This document shows, in pieces, positions 1 through 9,406 of a DNA stretch of 34,445 nt. Source of the stretch: a virus (taxonomy: Duplodnaviria; Heunggongvirae; Uroviricota; Caudoviricetes); the IMG/VR virus record IMGVR_UViG_2617271086_000002, positions 1 through 34,445 of that record. One strand, given 5' to 3'. A program made the translations under genes and the position numbers. The notes beneath the pieces are model-generated. The model was not told where the DNA came from. It ran no database searches and saw only the letters and a list, made by a program, of their open reading frames with translations. Each line of letters starts with the position of its first letter. Positions within the stretch are counted from its first letter, which is position 1.

Positions 1-130
1 CGGCACATGCCGTCTGAACAATGTGGAGCCAGAAAAGTGGCTGCGTTACGTCATTGAACATATCCAGGACTGGCCGGCAAACCGGGTACGCGATCTGTTG
101 CCCTGGAAAGTTGATCTGAGCTCTCAGTAA
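1..130 (+). mobile_element. 3' end of an IS66-family insertion sequence: last 42 codons of a TnpC-type transposase (frame 2, stop TAA 128-130). The terminal inverted repeat and element boundary are not resolved.
   Basis: Translation of 2-127 gives GTCRLNNVEPEKWLRYVIEHIQDWPANRVRDLLPWKVDLSSQ, which matches the conserved C-terminal pattern of IS66-family TnpC. The ORF is open to the window edge. Confidence 0.55.
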
Positions 131-328
131 ATATCAATACGGTTCTGACGAGTCGCTTACTGATAGTGAGGCATCTGCCACGATAAGCGCAGAGAAATGA
201 TGCAGTGGTGGGCGGACTGGATTGATGAAAAGGTGGAGTGATCCACCTTAACCACTATCGAAGAGCACAAAGTCTTGCAATCCAGTGCAAAGCTTTGTGT
301 GTATCAGTTTTGTCCTGTGCGCCGGATA

Positions 329-763
329 TCAATTGGCCTGCTCCCCCGGAGGCGTAGGCCAGACGATATCGGGTGCAGTGACGGCTTTAGTCTTCGCTAC
401 TTCGTCAATATAGTCCATCCAGGCATTAAGGCTGGCTGATTCATCATCCGTTAACTTACGCCCCATGAGAAGCTTGGTTTGCCAGATAGTAATCCTTTGC
501 GTAGCTTCATCCAGCAAGAATTGTTTATGCACCTCAGCCTGAGCGATACGTTGCTCCTGCGTAGGCTCTGGTGCCGGGATAATAGTGACAACACCAGCAT
601 CATTGACCGTAAAAGTGCTTCCAGGTGCGCGGCTCATGGCTTTTATATACTCCTCGCTCGATACTTCTATCGCACTATCTGGAATAGACTCATAATTCAG
701 GTCCGGTGGGTAAAATAAGCCATCATGAAACTTATAAACATTTTTCATCTTTATCCCCCTCAA
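329..763 (-). CDS. Tail fibre assembly protein (Tfa-like chaperone)
   Basis: 144 aa ORF immediately downstream of the tail fibre gene, with ATGA start/stop overlap at 760-763. The C-terminal DIVWPTPPG motif resembles lambda Tfa-type proteins. Confidence 0.65.
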   Translation of the reverse strand: MRGIKMKNVYKFHDGLFYPPDLNYESIPDSAIEVSSEEYIKAMSRAPGSTFTVNDAGVVTIIPAPEPTQEQRIAQAEVHKQFLLDEATQRITIWQTKLLMGRKLTDDESASLNAWMDYIDEVAKTKAVTAPDIVWPTPPGEQAN

Positions 764-1656
764 TAACCAATCGCAATCCAGAAGCAGTTTTCATTAGGGC
801 CGCTGGGTGCATAGTTCTGAATTCTAATTTGTTGAGTCCCTTCTGGACCGACATTCATCGATGCATTTGACCCAGGGGCACCGCGTCCCCCGGTAGCCCA
901 GAGTATCGAGTTAGGAAATGCTACAGCCAGATTGTAGGCAGCATTACTGCCAGGGGGAGTTGAATGCACTCCCCACTGAATGACAATGGTTTGCGCACCG
1001 CCTCCGGCACCGATAATGGGGATTTTAATGTAACCAGTTCCGGCTAATAAACCACGGAATGAGGACATGTCCGGAATGCCATTAATTAACCCGGCACCAA
1101 CATCTCGTGTTGCAGCGGTCCCTAACTGGAGCGCATTTCGGAAGGCTGATACATCAGAAATATCAGCTCCATTAGCCGATTTCTGCATAGCTCCGGAGGC
1201 TTTATTTATCGTTTCTCCCAAACCAAGGTATGTGAGAATGTCAGCAATAGTCTTTTTCCCGATAATGTCACGTCCAACAGAAGTCAAATCAGTCAGCGCA
1301 GCTGTATCATTTCCAGTGAAATACGGGAGTTTATTTGCACCGGTTTCCAGCCCAGCTAATGCCGTCAGCGTGGCATCAAGGGCCTGGAAATCCTTCCCAA
1401 AAGCGGTTCCCATTTTGGAGATAAACCCGTTCAGGTCACCATCATCAAGCACGTCCAGCCCACTTTTGTTGGCTGTGTACTGCGCAAGCGCTGCCGCAAT
1501 AAAGCTGGCCTGTCGAATAACCTTATTGACTTGCGCACTGGATGCTTTCCCTGCTGTAAATCCGGATAAAAGCGCAGGCAACGCTTCCCATTCCTCCTGC
1601 GACATAACATTGGCATTTCGATCCGTTGCAAACGCTTTAAAGTCATTTTTCGCCAT
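760..1656 (-). CDS. Tail fibre protein (short side fibre). Start chosen at the ATG overlapping the upstream stop; the ORF track extends to 1674.
   Basis: Gly/Ala/Thr/Asn-rich ORF between a Mu gp48-like tail protein and the tail fibre assembly gene. ATGA coupling at 1654-1658. Confidence 0.65.
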   Translation of the reverse strand: MAKNDFKAFATDRNANVMSQEEWEALPALLSGFTAGKASSAQVNKVIRQASFIAAALAQYTANKSGLDVLDDGDLNGFISKMGTAFGKDFQALDATLTALAGLETGANKLPYFTGNDTAALTDLTSVGRDIIGKKTIADILTYLGLGETINKASGAMQKSANGADISDVSAFRNALQLGTAATRDVGAGLINGIPDMSSFRGLLAGTGYIKIPIIGAGGGAQTIVIQWGVHSTPPGSNAAYNLAVAFPNSILWATGGRGAPGSNASMNVGPEGTQQIRIQNYAPSGPNENCFWIAIGY

Positions 1657-2336
1657 CAGAGTAATACTCCCCATGCCCCTACATCAAAACCACTGATGAA
1701 TTCGTTATCCATATCAAAACCAAAAAATTTTGAGCCTTCCGATGGGGTTTCCACCGAAGGCGTTTCAATGCCACCCGCCCACACCCCGGCGGCTTTTACT
1801 GTGAGATACCCCTGTTTAATTGCCGCAATTAACTCACGCGATACATCTGAAATATCAGTATCAGGAAAGACCCAGACCGATATCGTCATGTCCTGGTTAT
1901 CGACTATCTGCATTCGCAGCCCGGATCCTGCTGTTGCAGCGTCAAGAATTGCTGGAAGCGAATCATTCCGTCCGTCCCAGTTATTAATCGCAATCTTCGC
2001 TTTAAGAATGACATGATAAGTTTCATCGCTGAGATACATGTATCCAGAATCAGGATCATATGGCCCCTGCCATACCCCCTGATCATATCCAAGCCCGTCG
2101 GTATCCCAGCTGAAATAGACACCTGAGATAGGCTGGCTGACAACACGGCTACGTCCGATCCACAATCCCAGAATGTCAAGTTGCACACCAACCGCAGAGT
2201 CAATATCAAATGCAGTAATCAGCCCTCTGGTGGCAGCCGCAACATCAATAAGCGGCCGGGTCATCAGATCAACATGCGCAAGAAATTTAGGTTTGGTGGC
2301 GTGGTAGTTCGTGATTAGTTCGGTGTATTTGCTCAT
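1656..2336 (-). CDS. Baseplate/tail-fibre-associated tail protein (Mu gp48 / DUF2313-like)
   Basis: 226 aa ORF (MSKYTELITNYHATKPKF...) lying between the baseplate J-like gene and the tail fibre gene, coupled to both. Confidence 0.55.
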   Translation of the reverse strand: MSKYTELITNYHATKPKFLAHVDLMTRPLIDVAAATRGLITAFDIDSAVGVQLDILGLWIGRSRVVSQPISGVYFSWDTDGLGYDQGVWQGPYDPDSGYMYLSDETYHVILKAKIAINNWDGRNDSLPAILDAATAGSGLRMQIVDNQDMTISVWVFPDTDISDVSRELIAAIKQGYLTVKAAGVWAGGIETPSVETPSEGSKFFGFDMDNEFISGFDVGAWGVLL

Positions 2337-3532
2337 GACTCCACCGTTATAACGATATTTTCCGGGGTACAGGACGCAGATTCGTTGTATCTGATATCAA
2401 TGTTTGATGACGACAAAGCCCCCGGGGATTTCCCAATCGTCAGTTCCTGAATATCGTAATAGCGTGCATTCCCGCCACTCACCACGCCAAGATTCGCCGG
2501 TGAGTAAATGCGACTTAAAAGGACCGAATCACCAATCATCAGACTATTGATATAGTCGGAAATAGCCTGCTGGATCTGCTGCCCTATCTGTGAGGTATAA
2601 CCCGTAAAAACTTTTAATTTAATCCGGGCATAAACAGGCACATCACTGGAACGCGAGAATTTGATTACATGGGGATTGCCGTATTTATCCGGAACCGTAA
2701 CGGATGTTGTACCGTGAGTGGCTGTACCCTGGCCTTTATTCCCTCTGATAGCCTGAGCAATATCCGTCACATCACCGCCATCCACAATTACAGCAACAGA
2801 GTGTGGCGGTAACCCGTTACCGTCCTCCGAACCAGTATCGTTTTCATAGAGTTTGTGGCGGGTTACACCGGTAACATTAGAAACAGCACCATCCAGTGCT
2901 TCAAATGGGGTTATTGATGGCAACGCAACACTTTGCGACTGACGGATACGTAACTCCGCGTCAGTTTCTGCCGGAGAGCCAACAGTAGCCGCAGCAGGAT
3001 TAGTTACCGAAACCCAGCCACGGGTTGGCGTATTAATTTCAGTGATAGTTCCAGGCAGCGCCGCCACTGCACCACTGACGGAACATTTTGCGGTCGCCAT
3101 CACTGTACCATCCACGCCGACCACCACTGAAGCAGGCAAACGCCATATCACATTATTACTGTCTTTCACGCTGCCATTAATGATGGTTGTTCCGGCAGTT
3201 CCTGTAAGAAGCAAATCAACCGTAGAGTTCGTCGCGCCTTTACGTGAAATACCATTTATTTTCACGTTACTGGTCAGTGCAGCCCCATAGCCGGTTGCCG
3301 GTGAAAAACAGTTGTAGACAGTTATCGCCATATTATTGGCATCATGAATCGCCAGCGCCATCAGAGCCACCATCTGGCCGTCTTTGCTGTCCGGTTCGAG
3401 GTAGGCATCACTGCCATAAATCTGCTGAAAATAGCTAATCAGGGTGCTGAGTATCGTCTGATAATCAGGCGCACTGATCCCCTCTGCGGTTACCTTTGCA
3501 GATAAACCAAGAGAATCAAGGTTCAGAGCCAT
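2333..3532 (-). CDS. Baseplate J-like protein (Mu gp47 / P2 gpJ family)
   Basis: 399 aa ORF in the canonical position after the gp25/W-like gene; size and composition fit baseplate J. Confidence 0.7.
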   Translation of the reverse strand: MALNLDSLGLSAKVTAEGISAPDYQTILSTLISYFQQIYGSDAYLEPDSKDGQMVALMALAIHDANNMAITVYNCFSPATGYGAALTSNVKINGISRKGATNSTVDLLLTGTAGTTIINGSVKDSNNVIWRLPASVVVGVDGTVMATAKCSVSGAVAALPGTITEINTPTRGWVSVTNPAAATVGSPAETDAELRIRQSQSVALPSITPFEALDGAVSNVTGVTRHKLYENDTGSEDGNGLPPHSVAVIVDGGDVTDIAQAIRGNKGQGTATHGTTSVTVPDKYGNPHVIKFSRSSDVPVYARIKLKVFTGYTSQIGQQIQQAISDYINSLMIGDSVLLSRIYSPANLGVVSGGNARYYDIQELTIGKSPGALSSSNIDIRYNESASCTPENIVITVES

Positions 3533-3885
3533 TACGCCTCCGATGTAACAGTCGTTATTCCATAAAGAGTGTCGATTTCAGCGGAAAACATGACACGTCG
3601 GGTCGTGGTATCCACCGTAGTATTGAAAGAGAGGATTGATTTAACGCCCCGCGTTTCGAGGATGCGCTTACGGATCGCCAGGTTGTAGGTTTCCGGCTTC
3701 TGCTTACCGAGTACGGACTGGATCCACGGAGTCCCTTCGGTGGTATCGAGAAACCATTGCCCATACCACAATTCGAATCGCGTTTTTACCGCCTGCGCCA
3801 CGGCCTCCGGTGAGTTAATCAGCCAGGTGTCATCACCGCTGCCAAAGGTATAATCGCCATCGGCGTCTTCACGTCTGTATCGCAT
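3532..3885 (-). CDS. Baseplate wedge protein (gp25 / GPW-like)
   Basis: 117 aa ORF between the spike and J-like genes, translationally coupled on both sides. Confidence 0.5.
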   Translation of the reverse strand: MRYRREDADGDYTFGSGDDTWLINSPEAVAQAVKTRFELWYGQWFLDTTEGTPWIQSVLGKQKPETYNLAIRKRILETRGVKSILSFNTTVDTTTRRVMFSAEIDTLYGITTVTSEA

Positions 3886-4640
3886 CAGTTAGGCGCTCCT
3901 GTGTTACCGCCGCCGGTCTGTACTCCGCCGTGCGTGTGCGTCATCAGGCTCTTACCACCAGCTTTTACATCGTTAGTCACCGTGACAGGGCCAAGCATCG
4001 TCGCGGTGCCGCCGCTTTCGCCCATCCCCTGAGAGAGATTCCCGTTTATTGTCACGTTGCCGTTTAGCGTGATGGTGGGTGATGTGATCGTGGTTCCTCC
4101 TTCTGCTGTCGCCGTCAGCGCGCCGGGGGTTTTAACCGTGATGTTATGGCCTGCGGCAACTTCCACAAACGCAGCGCCATCATCAGTACGCAGTTGCGCG
4201 GCGCTGGTGCTGATTCCGCTGATTTTCTGCGCCTGAGACTGCGGACCGACGATACAGAACGCATCCGATAAATCATGCATTCTGTCATCGACAGGCTCCT
4301 GTACCCCGCCGTTCTGCCACCAGAAATCGATGCAGCGATCGGCAAAAATCACCAGACATTCATCGCCGGCTTTCACCGGGAAAGTTAACGTGCAGCCGCC
4401 GCCGCGCGGAAATATCACCGGCACATCCACCAGCAGGGGTAATGTCGTCGACTGGTTGATTCCATTTGAGTCCGGCTCATAGCCTTTAATCGCAGGTTGA
4501 ACAACCACTGTTACCGTGTCCGGATCAAATGACTGGACGATGCCGGGCATAGAAACACGCAGCGCCGACATGACAGAGCCAGCAAGTCTTACATCGGCCT
4601 GTTCTTTGCTACCAAGTTGAGCGCTTAAAGAAACGGGCAT
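3885..4640 (-). CDS. Baseplate central spike protein (Mu gp45 / P2 gpV-like)
   Basis: 251 aa ORF with a Gly/Thr-rich C-terminus (..HTHGGVQTGGGNTGAPN) typical of spike proteins. GGAG ribosome-binding site upstream of the ATG at 4640. Confidence 0.6.
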   Translation of the reverse strand: MPVSLSAQLGSKEQADVRLAGSVMSALRVSMPGIVQSFDPDTVTVVVQPAIKGYEPDSNGINQSTTLPLLVDVPVIFPRGGGCTLTFPVKAGDECLVIFADRCIDFWWQNGGVQEPVDDRMHDLSDAFCIVGPQSQAQKISGISTSAAQLRTDDGAAFVEVAAGHNITVKTPGALTATAEGGTTITSPTITLNGNVTINGNLSQGMGESGGTATMLGPVTVTNDVKAGGKSLMTHTHGGVQTGGGNTGAPN

Positions 4641-4659
4641 TCATATGTCTCCAGAAAGT

Positions 4660-4683
4660 AAAAAACCCGCCGGGTGGCGGGTT
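4660..4683 (-). terminator. Rho-independent terminator downstream of the DUF4282-like moron gene
   Basis: Minus-strand reading gives CCCGCC-ACCC-GGCGGG followed by a T6 run (plus strand: aaaaaacccgccgggtggcggg). It lies 17 nt after the stop at 4700. Confidence 0.7.
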
Positions 4684-4699
4684 CATTATTGAAGTTTCA

Positions 4700-4939
4700 T
4701 TACTGCTTGTTTGCTTCTAACGCTTCAGCTATTCGGCGAAGATACTCATTGTTTTTAAATGAAACCATGATGCACTCAAAGAATATTCGGCAAAATACAG
4801 CACATAACAAAAGCACTAAAGCGCCAGCAGCCTTCCCATTAACAAACGTTATAATGGCGGCAACAACCAGAAGTAACATTGTGATGCCATACAGAACGTT
4901 GATGATTTTTGGAGTTATTAATTTATCAAATCCGAACAT
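4700..4939 (-). CDS. Small inner-membrane protein (DUF4282-like) encoded by a moron
   Basis: 79 aa ORF (MFGFDKLITPKIINVLYGITMLLLVVAAIITF...) with two hydrophobic helices. It has its own AAGGA ribosome-binding site, a candidate promoter upstream (perfect TATAAT on minus = plus 4976-4981) and its own terminator. Sequence is AT-rich. Confidence 0.6.
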   Translation of the reverse strand: MFGFDKLITPKIINVLYGITMLLLVVAAIITFVNGKAAGALVLLLCAVFCRIFFECIMVSFKNNEYLRRIAEALEANKQ

Positions 4940-4975
4940 GTGACAAATTCCTTATCGTGAAAGTAGAAGTATCAC

Positions 4976-5003
4976 ATTATAATTACGAGTGATTAATCAA
5001 CAA
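4976..5003 (-). promoter_or_regulatory. Candidate sigma70 promoter for the DUF4282-like moron
   Basis: Minus-strand TATAAT (plus 4976-4981) with a TTGTTG -35-like hexamer 16 nt upstream, about 37 nt upstream of the ATG at 4939. Confidence 0.4.
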
Positions 5004-5078
5004 TCTTTTTGCATGGAAAGGAACCGATGATTTTCGGCGCATCCATGCTGTTCTGCAGAAGCTGGACGCCAATGTAAT

Positions 5079-5414
5079 TCACTTCACCTTCCGGCAATCG
5101 TACGTCCAAAATTCCCGAGGCTCGTCCATATTTTTGCGGATAACTTCAACGTTGAGGATCGCTTTTTTGTTTCGTTTGATGTAGTCCATACCTAACCAAC
5201 GTCCAGTATTAGGATCAGGTAACATCCATTGCATCATGACATTATCGAAATCGTCTTTTTGTTTCAAAAAGGTCATTTTTTGTGTTTCTGGCTTTTGACC
5301 ATTGATGTGCATGAGGCCATCATTACCAGCATCAAAGCGGAATGGTCCGCACTGCGTTGCCGCCGAAACGGTTAACGGCAGGGCCAAGAATAAACAAAAA
5401 AATACTTTTTTCAC
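5079..5414 (-). CDS. Secreted/periplasmic protein of unknown function (moron) with a cleavable signal peptide
   Basis: 111 aa ORF beginning MKKVFFCLFLALPLTVSA|ATQ (Sec-type signal peptide, AXA-like cleavage site). GTG start overlaps the hub gene stop (GTGA), with a GGAGA ribosome-binding site 6 nt upstream. AT-rich, unlike the flanking tail genes. Confidence 0.55.
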   Translation of the reverse strand: MKKVFFCLFLALPLTVSAATQCGPFRFDAGNDGLMHINGQKPETQKMTFLKQKDDFDNVMMQWMLPDPNTGRWLGMDYIKRNKKAILNVEVIRKNMDEPREFWTYDCRKVK

Positions 5415-6445
5415 TCTACATCTCCGACTTTGTCCAAAGTGCCTTTTGCCAATAGTTCTTTGCCACCTTTAGCCAGGCAAAGCAGGTCCATATACCACGC
5501 CTGACCTCGGGTGTCGCCAGTATAATCAATGCTGCCCACAATGTAATCACCGTCAGTATTAATGCTGGCAGGCTGTGACATGCCTGGCAGACCGTTAACG
5601 TAGAGATTACCGTCGCTTTCAGACTCATCCAGTCGTGCTGGCGATTTCGCTACCTGGTCATTACTCAAAGAGGCACGGTATACAGATGCCTGATCCAGAC
5701 GAATAAGCCCACCGAGCTTAATATTTGGATTAATCAGACATCTGACATTTACGCCAGCTCCCATCGTCTGCTGTGGCATACCGATAAGCCCGGTGTTAGC
5801 ATTCAACACCGTAGCAACACCAATATATTTATCTTCAGGAACAATATTTACCAGATTATTTTCATACCACCAGTTAGCTTTACACTGCCCTGCGATATGA
5901 TTCATCAACCTTGATGTGTTTTGATAAACAACGCGACCTCTGGGAAATACCGTTTCCGGCATGTCAGGAACTGCACCGGATTCGATGCCATATGGTTCGA
6001 ATGATTTCATACCCAGACTGAAAAGATCGCTGTACTTCCAGCCAGCTGCCACTGTGGTTTTCACACTTGCGTTCAGGTGACCTTCCCAGCTGTCAATACA
6101 CTGCAACATGATCCAACTGTCTGTGGCATTATCTTTACCAGTGACAGTAAAACGGATATCTCCATTGAATATCATACCAACGTTTTCATCAGGATAATTA
6201 CCTGCTGCATCCGGTTGCCCCTTGTATCCGGCAATAACCTGTATACGCGAAAACTCCTTTTGCATAATCCGGTTCTGAGTGGTAGGGGACAGGTTATAAA
6301 CCTTAAAATTTCCAACGAATCCATTAAATATGCTCGCAGGCATTTTCTGAATATTGAAAGTGACTTTAAGCTCAGAAATTTTTATCCCGTCGCCCTTATC
6401 ATCAACAAGCAATAATTCAAAGTGACGCATCCAGTTTTTCGACAT
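5411..6445 (-). CDS. Baseplate hub / tail protein (Mu gp44-like, putative)
   Basis: 344 aa ORF between the tape measure-proximal genes and the spike gene in a Mu-like tail gene order. Confidence 0.5.
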   Translation of the reverse strand: MSKNWMRHFELLLVDDKGDGIKISELKVTFNIQKMPASIFNGFVGNFKVYNLSPTTQNRIMQKEFSRIQVIAGYKGQPDAAGNYPDENVGMIFNGDIRFTVTGKDNATDSWIMLQCIDSWEGHLNASVKTTVAAGWKYSDLFSLGMKSFEPYGIESGAVPDMPETVFPRGRVVYQNTSRLMNHIAGQCKANWWYENNLVNIVPEDKYIGVATVLNANTGLIGMPQQTMGAGVNVRCLINPNIKLGGLIRLDQASVYRASLSNDQVAKSPARLDESESDGNLYVNGLPGMSQPASINTDGDYIVGSIDYTGDTRGQAWYMDLLCLAKGGKELLAKGTLDKVGDVE

Positions 6446-6746
6446 TGTTACTCCGTGAAAACATAGAGGTGTGAGAGCGTTCCAAGATCGAATTGCGTCT
6501 TTCCTGCCCTGCCACGTCGCAGAGTACCACCAGCGAAAACCCGAGATTCATATATCGATACTGCGCCAGCAGGTCAGCCCCCGTAATCATCGGAATGCCT
6601 GAGATAATGGCGGAACCATTGCTGTCAGCAAGATCCAGAACCCAATACTCTCCGCGCCAGATGACAGACAGCTGATAAACCGTACCGTTAATTGTGGTGG
6701 CAAAAGTCTGATTGTCAGCAACCAGTGGGATTTCTACGGCCTCCAT
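6417..6746 (-). CDS. Tail protein, hypothetical
   Basis: 109 aa ORF in the tail operon, co-oriented and tightly packed with its neighbours. Confidence 0.4.
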   Translation of the reverse strand: MEAVEIPLVADNQTFATTINGTVYQLSVIWRGEYWVLDLADSNGSAIISGIPMITGADLLAQYRYMNLGFSLVVLCDVAGQERRNSILERSHTSMFSRSNNVEKLDASL

Positions 6747-6749
6747 GAA

Positions 6750-7400
6750 TCACCTTCCCAGAAATAAATTGCTCAGATACCCATCGACAGTGGTGACACC
6801 TTTTTGCGCTATCTGTGGCAGCGATTTCAGAATGGAATTATTCGGCGGCACCGTTGTTTTGGTGCCTGTATTCTGCACAGCAGACGTTCCGACTCCCTCG
6901 GTCATATTGTTTTTCGAGGCAACCCTGATTGACTGCGTGGAGGTAATAATCACCTCCCTGAGGGTAAGGGTCGCCAGAAGCACATTTTCACTACTCTTAT
7001 CGGTCGTGACCTCCAGCGTTTTTATCAACATATTGTTGTAAATACGCTTGCCGGTTGTCACATCGAAAGGAATACGATTCCGCTGCAGGTTAAGCAGTTC
7101 CTGATACAGTTCTTTCGGGCTCAGACCCAGTAAACTGGTAGCCGTCAGGTTACTGGCAAAATCAAGCAGCGATCCGCCTCCGGAAAAACCGGTTTCCATC
7201 ACAACCTCAGAAGGGCGCCTGAATGCGTGTTCTGATATATAACCAGCGCCCTCACCACTGGCACCAGCATTCGTGGGCTGTTCAACCGGATGTTCCGTAA
7301 TTTCCAGGGCGTCAGTGTGCTTTTCGGTAATAACCACATCAGGAATAATGATTCCTATTGAGCGGGTTCGCTGCTGCAGTAAAACAGATAAAAAGTCCAT
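6750..7400 (-). CDS. Tail/baseplate assembly protein, hypothetical
   Basis: 216 aa ORF immediately downstream of the tape measure gene, with start/stop abutting it at 7400. Confidence 0.4.
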   Translation of the reverse strand: MDFLSVLLQQRTRSIGIIIPDVVITEKHTDALEITEHPVEQPTNAGASGEGAGYISEHAFRRPSEVVMETGFSGGGSLLDFASNLTATSLLGLSPKELYQELLNLQRNRIPFDVTTGKRIYNNMLIKTLEVTTDKSSENVLLATLTLREVIITSTQSIRVASKNNMTEGVGTSAVQNTGTKTTVPPNNSILKSLPQIAQKGVTTVDGYLSNLFLGR

Positions 7401-9406
7401 TACGCAGGTCCTTTCAATTGCTGTACCGCCCTGGCATTTACAGCCCCCTGCTTGTCAGCGATCAGATTAGCCGCCTCCTGAGGGTTGTTAACTCCATGAA
7501 CATTTATAACAGTCTGCTGGTTAAGGCTGCCAGCGGCGGCCTGATACGCCAGCGGGCTGTTCCAGTTTGAATAACCTTCTTTGCGCGCCATCGACTGCAT
7601 CAATGCTCCCATAGTCTGGGGATCTGTAAGATTCAATATTGCATTCGGTGATACTCCCATCCATTTCGCAACATCCTGTGCATACTTTTTCGGATCGTTG
7701 TTATCACCTGCCGGGGCCCAGGTACTGACAATATCCTGAATAGTCTGTAATGCCCGTCCGGTTGTTTTCCCGGTAAAGTAACGCATGAGCTGGTTTTTCA
7801 TCGCCTCCCAGCCCTCAAGAGCTGATTCGAAAAACCGGAACCCTTTACCGCTCACCGGGCGAATGTTCCCTGGGTTATTGTTGCGATCAGCAAGAGTACC
7901 GCCGCCGGGGATGTCGGGCTGGACGTTGGAGCCATGCACTACACCGTTACTCTGTCCCTGCCGGACAACTTTACCGGGTCCCCCGTGCAACCAGTCCATC
8001 CACGCAGGCCATTCACGGACCTCACTGACATCCCTGCGTCCGATATCTGTTTTTATACCAATAGCAGCCAGCGTGTCGCCGATAATTCGCTTCGTATACC
8101 TCAGTGAAGATTTTGCGCTATCGGCAATATTTTCTCTGTCACTAACAATATAGCCCGCGTAAAGCGCCCACAATTTAAGCCATGGTGGGACCGGTAAACC
8201 TGATATTTTTCCGAAAGCCCCCAGAACCTTGGATACCCAGACACCCGCGATGAATGTACCGAGGATTTCCAGTGCATTTTGCCAGCCGCCAACACCATCT
8301 TTTAGTTCCAGAAGGTGATCACGAAGCCAGGTGATCGCATCCTTCGCTTTATCTATTGCCGGTTGCCATTTTTCCCAGTCGATAAGACTGTTACCGCCTT
8401 CTTTCCATGTTTTGTAGTCTTCCCACAAGAGACCGAGAGCAACGATCAGACCGGTAATCAGCCCTATAGGTGACATCCAGAAAGTAGAGTTAAGTATCCG
8501 CATGGCGACAACCAGACCGCCGATAACCTCTATCAGGGTTTTCGTTTCGGCATCCAGTTTCCCCCACCACTCGATGATATCTCCGACACCATCGACTATC
8601 CGAAATGCTACCCGCCCGACTATCTCACCCAGCCAGAGGATCCCCTTTATGACCTTTGTGATGGTGACTTCAATTTTGGGAAAATTTTCAATTATCTTTT
8701 TGCGCAGGTTATCAATCTGCCCCGCCAGTCCGTCCGCAAGATTCGATCCGATTTTGTCCCGCGCCATCCCGGCCATTTCACCGAGCGATTTCAGCGAGGT
8801 CATAAACCGGTTTGACGATAAGGCAGCCTGATCGGCATTAAATCCGATCGCTTTCACCATTTCTGAATACTGAGCGCTGAACTGCCCCACTCCGCGACGC
8901 ATAGCCATCAGGGTATTTTCGTCAATGCCCAGCATCTGCGCATACTGGTTAGCCCGGTAATACGGCATGCTGCTGAGCTTCTGGCCGACGCCCGTAAAGA
9001 TAGCGGCCATGTCGCGCATGTTACCGCTGGCGTCACGGGTCTGTACCCCCAGACGATTCAGAAATCCCTCCGCCCCAGGATTATTACGAATAAACCGGGA
9101 GAGGTTTTCCAGAGAAGATCGCGCAGCGTCCACGCTGCCGCCAACCTGCGAAACCGCATAGCCAATAGACTGAATTCCCTGGACTGTCGCGCCGGTGCGC
9201 TGTGACGCCCAGTAAAGATTATCCAGGCCGGAGGCAATCTTAGCCGTAAAGGCCACCACGGACAGTGCAGCTCCTTCAACGGCCAACCCCATTTTGATGA
9301 CATTTGCAGTTGTACCGGCGAGGACAGAACAGAACTTTTTCGCGCCTGCCTCATCCACACTGAAGCCAAGCGAGACGAGGAAATCTTTAATAGTTTCAGC
9401 GTTCAT
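7400..9406 (-). CDS. Tail tape measure protein. Start set at the ATG at 9404-9406, which has a GGAGAGAGG ribosome-binding site; the ORF track uses an upstream TTG at 9427.
   Basis: 668-675 aa ORF with an Ala/Gly-rich helical N-terminus and hydrophobic central segments, located after the tail chaperone. Confidence 0.8.
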   Translation of the reverse strand: MNAETIKDFLVSLGFSVDEAGAKKFCSVLAGTTANVIKMGLAVEGAALSVVAFTAKIASGLDNLYWASQRTGATVQGIQSIGYAVSQVGGSVDAARSSLENLSRFIRNNPGAEGFLNRLGVQTRDASGNMRDMAAIFTGVGQKLSSMPYYRANQYAQMLGIDENTLMAMRRGVGQFSAQYSEMVKAIGFNADQAALSSNRFMTSLKSLGEMAGMARDKIGSNLADGLAGQIDNLRKKIIENFPKIEVTITKVIKGILWLGEIVGRVAFRIVDGVGDIIEWWGKLDAETKTLIEVIGGLVVAMRILNSTFWMSPIGLITGLIVALGLLWEDYKTWKEGGNSLIDWEKWQPAIDKAKDAITWLRDHLLELKDGVGGWQNALEILGTFIAGVWVSKVLGAFGKISGLPVPPWLKLWALYAGYIVSDRENIADSAKSSLRYTKRIIGDTLAAIGIKTDIGRRDVSEVREWPAWMDWLHGGPGKVVRQGQSNGVVHGSNVQPDIPGGGTLADRNNNPGNIRPVSGKGFRFFESALEGWEAMKNQLMRYFTGKTTGRALQTIQDIVSTWAPAGDNNDPKKYAQDVAKWMGVSPNAILNLTDPQTMGALMQSMARKEGYSNWNSPLAYQAAAGSLNQQTVINVHGVNNPQEAANLIADKQGAVNARAVQQLKGPA

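Noticed and set aside
153-200. Exact terminal inverted repeat of the IS66-family element (candidates near cgcttac at 154-160 or ataagcg at 183-189)
   Set aside because: The matching partner repeat lies outside the window, so the element end cannot be called confidently.
1067-1696. Plus-strand ORFs antisense to structural genes (for example 1067-1696, 15189-15863, 15704-16219, 17067-17510, 19559-19963)
   Set aside because: They lie entirely within, and antisense to, long well-supported minus-strand genes, with low-complexity Ser/Pro/Ala-rich translations typical of shadow frames.
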